This document shows, piece by piece, positions 18,594 through 25,378 of a stretch of DNA of 43,912 bases (positions are counted from its first letter, which is position 1; every line of letters begins with the position of its first letter). Source of the stretch: a virus. Its lineage: Duplodnaviria; Caudoviricetes. Position numbers and translations under genes: made by a program. Location: IMG/VR virus record IMGVR_UViG_3300049486_000009, positions 1 through 43,912 of that record, one strand, 5' to 3'. The notes below the pieces were generated by a model that was not told where the DNA came from, did not search any database, and saw only the letters and a program-made list of their open reading frames with translations.

Positions 18594-19013
18594 TCATTTC
18601 AGTTCGTTACTCCACACAAAGATACCTTTCATGTGTCTGCAAACTACAACCTTCAGACCAAATAAACACGATGGTACGTCCGCAGTACCGAGTGAGTACG
18701 AAAAATGATTTAACCGTGCATCTCTCATCATATCGTCGTACTCTTCAGAACCCATGTAAACAACAGTAGGTCTACAACCATACGAATTGTAAAAACTATC
18801 TATCGCTTCCCGTAAGTCTTTCACTGTCTTAGGTGTCGGAACTTCGACAAACGTAATTGGGTTCTGAAGTACCTTTGTCTCATGTTTCAGAATTTTTAAT
18901 CTGAACAAGAGTCTGACTAGCCAACGCTCATACCACTTATCAGCGTTAACGGTTAAGTTCTGCTCGTGTCTATATGTAACTGGTTCTGCGGTTAGCAGTG
19001 CTACTTCTTGCAT
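18594..19013 (-). CDS. Hypothetical protein
   Basis: ORF in operon; RPTVVYMGSEEYD...LFGLKVVV resembles a small conserved phage family. Confidence 0.65.
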   Translation of the reverse strand: MQEVALLTAEPVTYRHEQNLTVNADKWYERWLVRLLFRLKILKHETKVLQNPITFVEVPTPKTVKDLREAIDSFYNSYGCRPTVVYMGSEEYDDMMRDARLNHFSYSLGTADVPSCLFGLKVVVCRHMKGIFVWSNELK

Positions 19014-19195
19014 GTTTGACCTCCCTCAACTCTTAAGTTAGTCCACAGTGCGTCCCAGTATGTAGCATCAGAACACGTCAGTCTATTGAATGACTGTGCT
19101 TCAAAGTAAGGCTGGGCAGCCACGAGTCCAACAGCAAAAAGTGTCACCAGTGCGCAGCAAACCCAACCAATTAATTCACCTTGTTCTTTAGTCAT
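19001..19195 (-). CDS. Small membrane protein
   Basis: Hydrophobic LIGWVCCALVTLFAVGLVAA segment; GAGG RBS; ATGA overlap. Confidence 0.7.
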   Translation of the reverse strand: MTKEQGELIGWVCCALVTLFAVGLVAAQPYFEAQSFNRLTCSDATYWDALWTNLRVEGGQTCKK

Positions 19196-19419
19196 CTGTC
19201 CACCTCATAGTATGTATTGTTTTCACGGAACGCTACGATACGCTGTCTTTGACACAGCAAAAGTGTTACCCCTCTAGACCGGAGAAACACCTTTTCGTAG
19301 TCTTCATTGTCGTAATAGTCTCTGTACCAAACTGCCTTATCCACTTCAAGGCAGTGTTCATTACTTACCGTGGAGTCGTACTTCAGCGCATACAGCCTCC
19401 TTTGATTTCTAGCATTCAC
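19192..19419 (-). CDS. Hypothetical protein
   Basis: GTG start with AGGAGG RBS, directly downstream of a consensus promoter. Confidence 0.7.
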   Translation of the reverse strand: MNARNQRRLYALKYDSTVSNEHCLEVDKAVWYRDYYDNEDYEKVFLRSRGVTLLLCQRQRIVAFRENNTYYEVDR

Positions 19420-19433
19420 GTTAACCTCCTGAA

Positions 19434-19892
19434 CTAACAGTCAATACAAGGTATTATATCATATCTAACATCATTTGTCAACTCCTGCAATAAGGTGTCA
19501 GGAGTCAAAAATATCCTCGCTAACTCAGGCATAAACAATGCTTCCGCAATAAACGTAGCACAATTATTACCTGGTCGTCTAAATGACATACGTAACCAAT
19601 CAGCATACGTCATGCGATAGCGCAACCTATTCATAAGACGCACACTGTTCAGTATAATGTCTGTGTCTCTATCTGCCACTACCGCGATGCTTGCTCGTCG
19701 TCTCCATAATGCACTATATTCCTCCATAACTACACCGTCTAACGTCAAGTGAATAAGCTGTTCATTGTAGACGAAACCACAATGTATCAACCGCGGCTCC
19801 TCACCTAGCACCTCAGTGTACAACTCATTCATCAGCCTGTCAAAAGCTGTCCATCCCTTCTTGAAAAATACAATCCTCATGCCCATCACCAT
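19434..19892 (-). CDS. Permuted papain-like (NlpC/P60) thiol hydrolase
   Basis: His-before-Cys order: LIHCGFVY ... NNCATFIAEAL, ending with a TPDTL motif as in YaeF/YiiX/PPPDE-type enzymes. Confidence 0.65.
   Translation of the reverse strand: MVMGMRIVFFKKGWTAFDRLMNELYTEVLGEEPRLIHCGFVYNEQLIHLTLDGVVMEEYSALWRRRASIAVVADRDTDIILNSVRLMNRLRYRMTYADWLRMSFRRPGNNCATFIAEALFMPELARIFLTPDTLLQELTNDVRYDIIPCIDC
19453..19481 (-). promoter_or_regulatory. Consensus sigma70-type promoter for the primase operon
   Basis: TTGACA-17 nt-TATAAT with TGn extension, embedded in the 3' end of 19434-19892. Confidence 0.85.
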
Positions 19893-20604
19893 CTAATGCT
19901 TCATCCAGACTCAACACTTTAGCAAACCCATACGTAGGCTCAGTAGACCTACCTATCAGTTCTTCTAACACCCTGGTGCGTCTCCTCCACAACTTCATCG
20001 TCTCTTTAGACGGAGGAAGCAGCTTTCTCTCGTAATATAAATCCGCGTACGTGTACGAGGGATCCACCTCTTGTCTCCGCCTTACTATAAAATAATCTAC
20101 GAACAGCCTTACGAACCAGCGCTTGTACTGCAATATAGGAAATACAATAGTCTGCTTACAATTCTTATCGTACTCTAACAGAGACACGCCCATGCGCCTT
20201 AGTTGTAGCAATGCTTCAATCTCGCAGAATCCGCGCTGATACGCAGCAATAACCCACTCTGGTGTCTCATTCCACCTTGCTTGTGCTAGTTCATAAAACG
20301 CTAACACCCTATCCTCATGGTTACGCTCTGGTTGAGACAGCTTGTTAAAGTGCCGTCTCTCAGCGCGTCTCACAACAATCTCTACCATGTCCCACAACGT
20401 CTCACGTTGCGTCTTAGTTAATAACTCAGGATGACCGTACTGCACAAATGGAAGGTACATTTGCATTATAGACCCAGTGCAGTTACACCTGTGTCTGTGC
20501 AGTAGGTATTCGCGCATCATTGGTGTGGGTCTACCTTGCATCGCCTGCGCTTGCAATGCTGGTCTAGTAGTGTTCACCCAGTATGGATTTCTTTTTCTTT
20601 TCAC
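19840..20604 (-). CDS. Hypothetical protein, possible divergent sigma70-like factor
   Basis: GVSLLEYDKN...QYKRWFVR resembles sigma region 2.2-2.4 and VLSLDEALDGDG resembles region 3.2; no region 4. Confidence 0.4.
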   Translation of the reverse strand: MKRKRNPYWVNTTRPALQAQAMQGRPTPMMREYLLHRHRCNCTGSIMQMYLPFVQYGHPELLTKTQRETLWDMVEIVVRRAERRHFNKLSQPERNHEDRVLAFYELAQARWNETPEWVIAAYQRGFCEIEALLQLRRMGVSLLEYDKNCKQTIVFPILQYKRWFVRLFVDYFIVRRRQEVDPSYTYADLYYERKLLPPSKETMKLWRRRTRVLEELIGRSTEPTYGFAKVLSLDEALDGDGHEDCIFQEGMDSF

Positions 20605-20863
20605 AGAGGAAGCTCACATTAACTTCATGAAGTTTTGTAACAAATCCCTCTCAGGATGCCCTATAACAAGGGTACAGCGGATAACCATCCTACCATACCT
20701 GAGAAGGGTTTAACCGACCTTAAAGGTGTCATATTGTGCGGCTGGTTGAACGTTACAGCATATTATACACGCGCACACACGCGATCGTATCATAAGGTCT
20801 GCTTATACTTTTCACCAGAGGTATAAGCTTCACTAATATGCCTAACCTCAAATGATGATAGTG

Positions 20864-21094
20864 CTATGGCTCATAAGGATCAGGTGCAGCCCACGCTATA
20901 ATCTCGTAAGCAGTGTAGTGGTTGTCCTCTAGTAAGACCCACTCCTTATTCTTGTAGTCATAGAACGCAGTAGTCCACTGCTTGTCTGAATAATCATTCT
21001 CGCCTATCCATACCAGCACTACGTCTGATATTCTAGTGTACGAAAACATATTGGTGTTCTCTGGTAGACCGTCCGAAATTTTAATCCACTTCAT
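20864..21094 (-). CDS. DUF551-like small phage protein
   Basis: MKWIKISDGLPE...VLVW...W...IIAWAAPDPY pattern; start at ATG 21094 after a GAGG RBS. Confidence 0.75.
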   Translation of the reverse strand: MKWIKISDGLPENTNMFSYTRISDVVLVWIGENDYSDKQWTTAFYDYKNKEWVLLEDNHYTAYEIIAWAAPDPYEP

Positions 21095-21119
21095 TCTAAC
21101 CTCAAATGATAGTGATCGA

Positions 21120-21133
21120 CCCCCCCCCCCCCC
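21120..21133. repeat. C14/G14 homopolymer
   Basis: 14 consecutive C on the plus strand in an intergenic leader. Confidence 0.9.
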
Positions 21134-21168
21134 TCTAACATCCCAGTACAGCGGATGAGACACAGGAA

Positions 21169-21193
21169 ACCGGGCATCTCAACCATGCCCGGT
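21169..21193 (-). terminator. GC-rich hairpin, terminator-like
   Basis: ACCGGGCAT-7 nt-ATGCCCGGT perfect 9-bp stem followed by a short T run on the minus strand. Confidence 0.55.
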
Positions 21194-21213
21194 AAGTGGT
21201 GTAACTCAGTGAG

Positions 21214-21244
21214 TGAATCAGTTTAACGTCATGACTCAGGACGT
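21214..21244 (-). ncRNA. Predicted H-type pseudoknot, copy B
   Basis: Minus strand ACGTC-C-TGAGTCA-T-GACGT-TAAAC-TGATTCA; stems ACGTC/GACGT and TGAGTCA/TGATTCA. Confidence 0.65.
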
Positions 21245-21248
21245 AAGC

Positions 21249-21473
21249 TTAAAGTTTGAACCGTTGTACTTTGGTCAGTGTGACTAGACGTTTAGTTTCT
21301 GGCTTGTCATGTAACACTAATCCGTCTGTCTCAAACGTGCCTAAGATGACAACATCAAGGTACGAGTAATCACTTACTACATCCATACAGTCTAACACTT
21401 TTACTAGGTGGATGTCAATAATGATTGTCTCATTTTCGTAGCAGTCATCCAGCTTCGCGTCGATTAGTTGCAT
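21249..21473 (-). CDS. Hypothetical early protein
   Basis: GGAGG RBS and its own promoter upstream. Confidence 0.75.
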   Translation of the reverse strand: MQLIDAKLDDCYENETIIIDIHLVKVLDCMDVVSDYSYLDVVILGTFETDGLVLHDKPETKRLVTLTKVQRFKL

Positions 21474-21495
21474 AGTAAACCTCCAAATTACTTAC

Positions 21496-21525
21496 ATTGT
21501 ATGGCTGACAGTGTAGAACTGTCAA
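21496..21525 (-). promoter_or_regulatory. Sigma70-type promoter overlapped by an inverted repeat
   Basis: TTGACA-18 nt-TACAAT; dyad TGACAGT-5 nt-ACTGTCA spans the -35 and the spacer. Confidence 0.75.
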
Positions 21526-21533
21526 CCATTGTA

Positions 21534-21749
21534 CTATCTAACGATGTGCCAGTGAACCCTAGTGCTGTTTCGATAATGAATCTTACACACTGTCCCTTTA
21601 GGAAGTTCGTGTAGTTTACAAACTGTTGCGTCCCTTCCCGACACAACCTTGAAGTTGTCTAGTGGGATGCAACGTTGGAGCAGTTGAAGAGATGTATAGT
21701 TGACACCTAGCGGGAAAACACTGACCTGTTTACTGATGTGTATTTGCAT
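21534..21749 (-). CDS. Hypothetical early protein
   Basis: ATG ORF filling the gap between hairpin and promoter in operon orientation. Confidence 0.55.
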   Translation of the reverse strand: MQIHISKQVSVFPLGVNYTSLQLLQRCIPLDNFKVVSGRDATVCKLHELPKGTVCKIHYRNSTRVHWHIVR

Positions 21750-21804
21750 TGTCTAAATAAAGTGGGTAGCGACTCCCACGTTACGCTATTAAGTGAATAC
21801 AGAG

Positions 21805-23097
21805 TTAAGAAATGCGACGTGTCTTAAACTTGGTAGGCTTCTTACTGCTAGACTCAGATGAGTTAGCGCGCTTAACAGGCTTAACGATAGGCTCTAGCGA
21901 TGTATGGACAACGTGAGCCAGTGATTGACCGATAGCACTTGCGTTCCGAGCAATATTAGTGTTAAACTCGCTAGTTGACTTAGACAATCCTTTATGGATT
22001 GCTAACTCAATTGGAGACGCACCAGTTTGCTCGTCTTCCGTGAAAAGGAATTCAATCAACTTTATCACTCCTTTTCCACTCTGTACGGTTGGTTGCCAAA
22101 TACTGACAGATTTTGCTTTCTTGCCTTCATCATTAGGAATTTCTTCCTTAATCTTCAGTAGATTGCTGATGAAAGACGACGCAATTTTACTAAACGCATT
22201 GTCTGTAGGCTCAGCCCAGTAACGAGCAATTCCACTGTTTTGTGGGAATGCTACCCATTGTTTCTCAGTTGCGCCTGTTTTGAGATCAGGCAAGAAACCA
22301 AGACGGTAGGCTTCACTACGCATGAGATACACAGCCTTGTCTTTAGATGACAAAACCTTGCTTTCGAGGATAGATGATGGGTCTAACAGCGATACACCTT
22401 TCTTTGCATTGCTGTAAGACGATTTCTCGATAGGGGTAGGCTTACGGCTCATGTTGGATGCAAGCCAGTAGTTTGCTTCCATCTCTAAAACAAACTTATC
22501 AGCTTCAGACTTAGGGACATCATTGATGTCTGCAATCTTGCTGACATCTAAAGTACCCACTAAACAGGGTACTTCCATATCTAGGATGTCTCCCCACTCT
22601 GCGCCGCCTAGACGCATAGCGATAGAGATAGCGAATAAACGGTGATGCGCACCAGTCAACACCAGTGTACCGTCTTTACGACGGATGGCTTCAAATGGAT
22701 TGAGAAACAGGAATCCATTGTTAAGTAACCCGATGGTCTTGTCCAGAAAAATTGACGTAATTGGAGTCGTCAATACGCCAAACTGCTCCTGAAACTGAGA
22801 ACCCTCGATAAGCTCCTCAATCGTGACGCTTTCAATCGCCCAGTCAGTAACAGTAAATTGGTCACTGAACACCGTGGTGCTTTCCTCAGCAGCAGCAGCA
22901 AACTCGCTGAATTGAGCCATTACGTCTGTGTCTCTCAGTGCATCGTCCAACTTCGCACCTAAGACAGACCGACGTAGGTCATTATCTGATAAAATATCGT
23001 CCAAGTACGTAGCAAACCCCTGGACTCGTTCAGATTCCACAGTATCTTCTAACTCAGAAGATACAACATCAGTCTCATGCATTGTTTCAGTAGTCAT
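21805..23097 (-). CDS. ParB/Srx-like N-terminal domain protein (~430 aa)
   Basis: LNPFEAIRRKDGTLVLTGAHHRLFA (ParB GxxR box), EVPCLV and ASNMSRKPTPIEK (cf. ENxxRxDLxPIEE); start at ATG 23097 after a GAGG RBS. Confidence 0.65.
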   Translation of the reverse strand: MTTETMHETDVVSSELEDTVESERVQGFATYLDDILSDNDLRRSVLGAKLDDALRDTDVMAQFSEFAAAAEESTTVFSDQFTVTDWAIESVTIEELIEGSQFQEQFGVLTTPITSIFLDKTIGLLNNGFLFLNPFEAIRRKDGTLVLTGAHHRLFAISIAMRLGGAEWGDILDMEVPCLVGTLDVSKIADINDVPKSEADKFVLEMEANYWLASNMSRKPTPIEKSSYSNAKKGVSLLDPSSILESKVLSSKDKAVYLMRSEAYRLGFLPDLKTGATEKQWVAFPQNSGIARYWAEPTDNAFSKIASSFISNLLKIKEEIPNDEGKKAKSVSIWQPTVQSGKGVIKLIEFLFTEDEQTGASPIELAIHKGLSKSTSEFNTNIARNASAIGQSLAHVVHTSLEPIVKPVKRANSSESSSKKPTKFKTRRIS

Positions 23098-23222
23098 AGT
23101 AAACCTCATGTGTGATAGTGAGAAAGCAATCAACCGCTATGGCGGGAAGTAGTCAATTGCAGGAAGTGATTACGCTGAATGTCTATTGGGACTTGCATCC
23201 CTCACCCTATTAAATTGTCTAA

Positions 23223-23405
23223 CTAAGGATTGAGAATATAAACAGGTTCAGTGAGTAATCTGAACGATTCAGATTTGTACCTAGTAATCGTTGACTTCCC
23301 AAGTTTTTTACGGATAGACAGATAAACAGGGTCAACAGGGTACTCAGAATTAGAGATAGCTAATGCGTCTGAATACTCTGAGAATTCTGTAACATCTTTA
23401 TCCAC
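23223..23405 (-). CDS. Hypothetical small protein
   Basis: GTG start overlapping the stop of an upstream 40-aa ORF. Confidence 0.45.
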   Translation of the reverse strand: MDKDVTEFSEYSDALAISNSEYPVDPVYLSIRKKLGKSTITRYKSESFRLLTEPVYILNP

Positions 23406-23520
23406 GCATAGCGCGATAGTTCAGATACCTCTTCATAATTAAATGAAGACAGTCAGTAGACGAGTGAAAAACATCGATGTCATCTTGACTCGCTACTGCG
23501 ACTAAGTGTACGTGTTGCAT
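23398..23520 (-). CDS. Hypothetical 40-aa protein (not in the ORF track)
   Basis: MQHVHLVAVASQDDIDVFHSSTDCLHLIMKRYLNYRAMRG; AGGTGA RBS and an extended -10 promoter just upstream. Confidence 0.5.
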   Translation of the reverse strand: MQHVHLVAVASQDDIDVFHSSTDCLHLIMKRYLNYRAMRG

Positions 23521-23548
23521 ATGTCACCTAACTAACGTGATTAAACCT

Positions 23549-23557
23549 ATTATACCA
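23549..23557 (-). promoter_or_regulatory. Extended -10 promoter
   Basis: TGGTATAAT on the minus strand ~30 nt upstream of ATG 23520; no consensus -35. Confidence 0.55.
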
Positions 23558-23583
23558 TGCCGTACTCGATTCTGTGATTTGAA

Positions 23584-23616
23584 TACCTTATAGGTAGACG
23601 GCACACCTATAAGGTA
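23584..23616. repeat. Perfect 12-bp inverted repeat
   Basis: TACCTTATAGGT-9 nt-ACCTATAAGGTA between the stop of 23623-24141 and the next promoter. Confidence 0.85.
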
Positions 23617-23622
23617 CACTTA

Positions 23623-24141
23623 TCAGAACGATGGTTCTACGTCGTGCCCTGGCAAGGAAGGATACAGTTTAACCATATCCTCAACACTCACAGACGCTCT
23701 ATTGAGCGATTCTAATTCGTCTTTCAGTTCTACGATTTTGAACTGAAGCTCGTCTATTTCTGTTAAGATAACCTCTGCTCTGTTAAGACGCTCGTTATTC
23801 AGTGCGTTCTGTTCGCCACATTCAAATATCCATACGAGTGTCTCAAAGGAGCAAGTGAGGTCATGTCCTAGTGTGCCATACAGAACGCATTCCTGTTTTT
23901 GTCGTTCAAGAATACATTCTGCTGTAAAGGTTGTGATGTTCAATGCAACGTGGTTACTATTTCTAAATAGTTCAGCGGTTCTATGGTAAGACAAAGCTTG
24001 CTCCGCTGTGATTGTACAGCTTACGCGTAATCTATTAATGCTCTGTACTGTTGGCAGTACATCTTGGAAGTTATAAACGTTAGTCTCTAATGTGAGACCC
24101 GCAATATTGCAAGGAATGACAAAATCTGTTCTGTACATCAT
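23623..24141 (-). CDS. Hypothetical early protein with C-terminal coiled coil
   Basis: 172-aa ATG ORF with a promoter upstream. Confidence 0.7.
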   Translation of the reverse strand: MMYRTDFVIPCNIAGLTLETNVYNFQDVLPTVQSINRLRVSCTITAEQALSYHRTAELFRNSNHVALNITTFTAECILERQKQECVLYGTLGHDLTCSFETLVWIFECGEQNALNNERLNRAEVILTEIDELQFKIVELKDELESLNRASVSVEDMVKLYPSLPGHDVEPSF

Positions 24142-24167
24142 GTTGTTTGTTTGAACCCTACACTACG

Positions 24168-24197
24168 ATATTAAGTTAGACACACACCAAGTGTCAA
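24168..24197 (-). promoter_or_regulatory. Sigma70-type promoter
   Basis: TTGACA-18 nt-TAATAT; dyad GACAC-7 nt-GTGTC overlaps the -35. Confidence 0.6.
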
Positions 24198-24210
24198 TAG
24201 TTGAACCATC

Positions 24211-24326
24211 AGTATATATCATATTAATATAGATACGTATAATATATACTATATTATATATATAGAGAATAATAAAGTATATTAGGTAGTAAAGCACAGT
24301 AACAGTGATGATAGTGTTACTGTGCT
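24211..24326. other. Very AT-rich tract plus 12-bp hairpin; candidate replication origin
   Basis: About 70 nt of nearly pure A/T with TATA runs, next to AGCACAGTAACA-10 nt-TGTTACTGTGCT. Confidence 0.5.
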
Positions 24327-24338
24327 GTGCTGTGTCTA

Positions 24339-24632
24339 TCAGTTGTCATTCTGCAATGTAATAACTTTTAATGCAATTTCAGCAATTTGTGGTATACGTC
24401 TACCGATACAGTGATTACCTATTTGCCGTCTTAATACTAGAGCAGCATCGATGATAACGTCTACGGTAAGACGTTCGTATGCTTCCATGAGTTCTTGCTC
24501 TGAAATTCTATTCGCTACGTACCATTTACGCAATTCTAGAGAAATCTTCTCATGTATGCGTAGATAGGTATGGGGTATCAGGTATAAGTCATGCTGCTTG
24601 TTTGCTGTTTGTAGTTTGGTTAGCGTGTTCAT
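24339..24632 (-). CDS. Hypothetical early protein
   Basis: Start set at ATG 24632 (ATGA overlap with the upstream stop, AGGA RBS). Confidence 0.65.
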   Translation of the reverse strand: MNTLTKLQTANKQHDLYLIPHTYLRIHEKISLELRKWYVANRISEQELMEAYERLTVDVIIDAALVLRRQIGNHCIGRRIPQIAEIALKVITLQNDN

Positions 24633-24844
24633 AGTTTTCCTGTGCTTTGTTGTTGTCTCAGGTATGGTTTCAGTGCATCGCAAAAGGATGAAGGTGAATC
24701 GTATTCTGTACGGACGCCGTTATCCGTAATCACATAGACACCCGTGTCTGGGTGAAAATGCACACGAACATCTAAGCATTCGTTAAGCATGACTTCTAAA
24801 TGTATTAGCAGGTTTACATATTCGTAGTTCATTGTTTTGCTCAT
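24629..24844 (-). CDS. Hypothetical early protein
   Basis: Start set at ATG 24844, just after the upstream stop at 24852. Confidence 0.6.
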   Translation of the reverse strand: MSKTMNYEYVNLLIHLEVMLNECLDVRVHFHPDTGVYVITDNGVRTEYDSPSSFCDALKPYLRQQQSTGKL

Positions 24845-24851
24845 GGTAGTG

Positions 24852-25058
24852 TTACAGTGGTTGAATTTCGCAGTCTGTCTTGATAAGACGAATATCCCAA
24901 TACTCACTATTCATGATAAGTGTAGTTCTGTCATCTTCTGAGAAAGTGACAATGACCGCAGTACACGATTTATCGTCATCTAGTATTGAGAACGCACGGT
25001 AATAGATGTTACCGTCTAACATAAACAACTGTCTGTCTTTGAGTTCATTAATTTTCAT
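24852..25058 (-). CDS. Hypothetical early protein
   Basis: MKINELKDRQLFMLDGNIYYR is a typical small beta-barrel phage protein start. Confidence 0.7.
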   Translation of the reverse strand: MKINELKDRQLFMLDGNIYYRAFSILDDDKSCTAVIVTFSEDDRTTLIMNSEYWDIRLIKTDCEIQPL

Positions 25059-25092
25059 CGTGGTTCATGGTTTAAGTTGGTGATAGTGTGGA

Positions 25093-25121
25093 CTGAGCAG
25101 TTTAGAGTCATGCTCAGGACT
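25093..25121 (-). ncRNA. Predicted H-type pseudoknot, copy A
   Basis: Minus strand AGTC-C-TGAGCA-T-GACT-CTAAAC-TGCTCAG; stems AGTC/GACT and TGAGCA/TGCTCA. Confidence 0.65.
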
Positions 25122-25126
25122 GTGTG

Positions 25127-25378
25127 TTAAATCTCTAGTATTGAGTTAACGTGTTGGCACTGTCTAGCGTTAGGACTGATAGCGCAAACAGGAGCATATC
25201 TGTGTTTAATAGACTCGTTAAATCTTTCAAGGTGAATGTCTTGAAGATAAAACTGTTTACGGAATACAAACCCGTTGGCTGTTACATCATACATATGTAA
25301 GTCTACACCATATGCATTAGCACGAGTGGCAGCGTATAGTCTGTTATTCAGTTGGTTGAAGCATTGATAGATAATCAT
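25127..25378 (-). CDS. Hypothetical early protein
   Basis: TAATG-coupled, GAGGA RBS. Confidence 0.7.
   Translation of the reverse strand: MIIYQCFNQLNNRLYAATRANAYGVDLHMYDVTANGFVFRKQFYLQDIHLERFNESIKHRYAPVCAISPNARQCQHVNSILEI

Noticed and set aside
20672-20685. NtcA box (GTA-N8-TAC) at the 11-mer
   Set aside because: Reads GTA-N8-AAC here and the other two copies lack the right half-site.
20614-20688. 24-codon upstream ORF in frame with the sigma-like gene across a single TGA (possible readthrough or recoding)
   Set aside because: TGA is used as a normal stop elsewhere in the genome, and there is no suppressor tRNA or other support; a chance in-frame ORF is likely.
21095-21163. N-terminal extension with poly-Gly in the ORF track (20864-21163)
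   Set aside because: A strong RBS and the family-typical MKWIKIS start place the start at 21094; the G14 tract is leader sequence.
21772-21790. tRNA-like T-arm hairpins at about 21762-21779 and 23188-23201
   Set aside because: Isolated short stems with no cloverleaf, acceptor stem or anticodon arm; no tRNA gene is supported.
25093-25121. Hammerhead, twister or preQ1 identity for the pseudoknot motif
   Set aside because: It lacks the CUGAUGA/GAAA hammerhead core, the twister architecture and the preQ1 loop and A-tail consensus.
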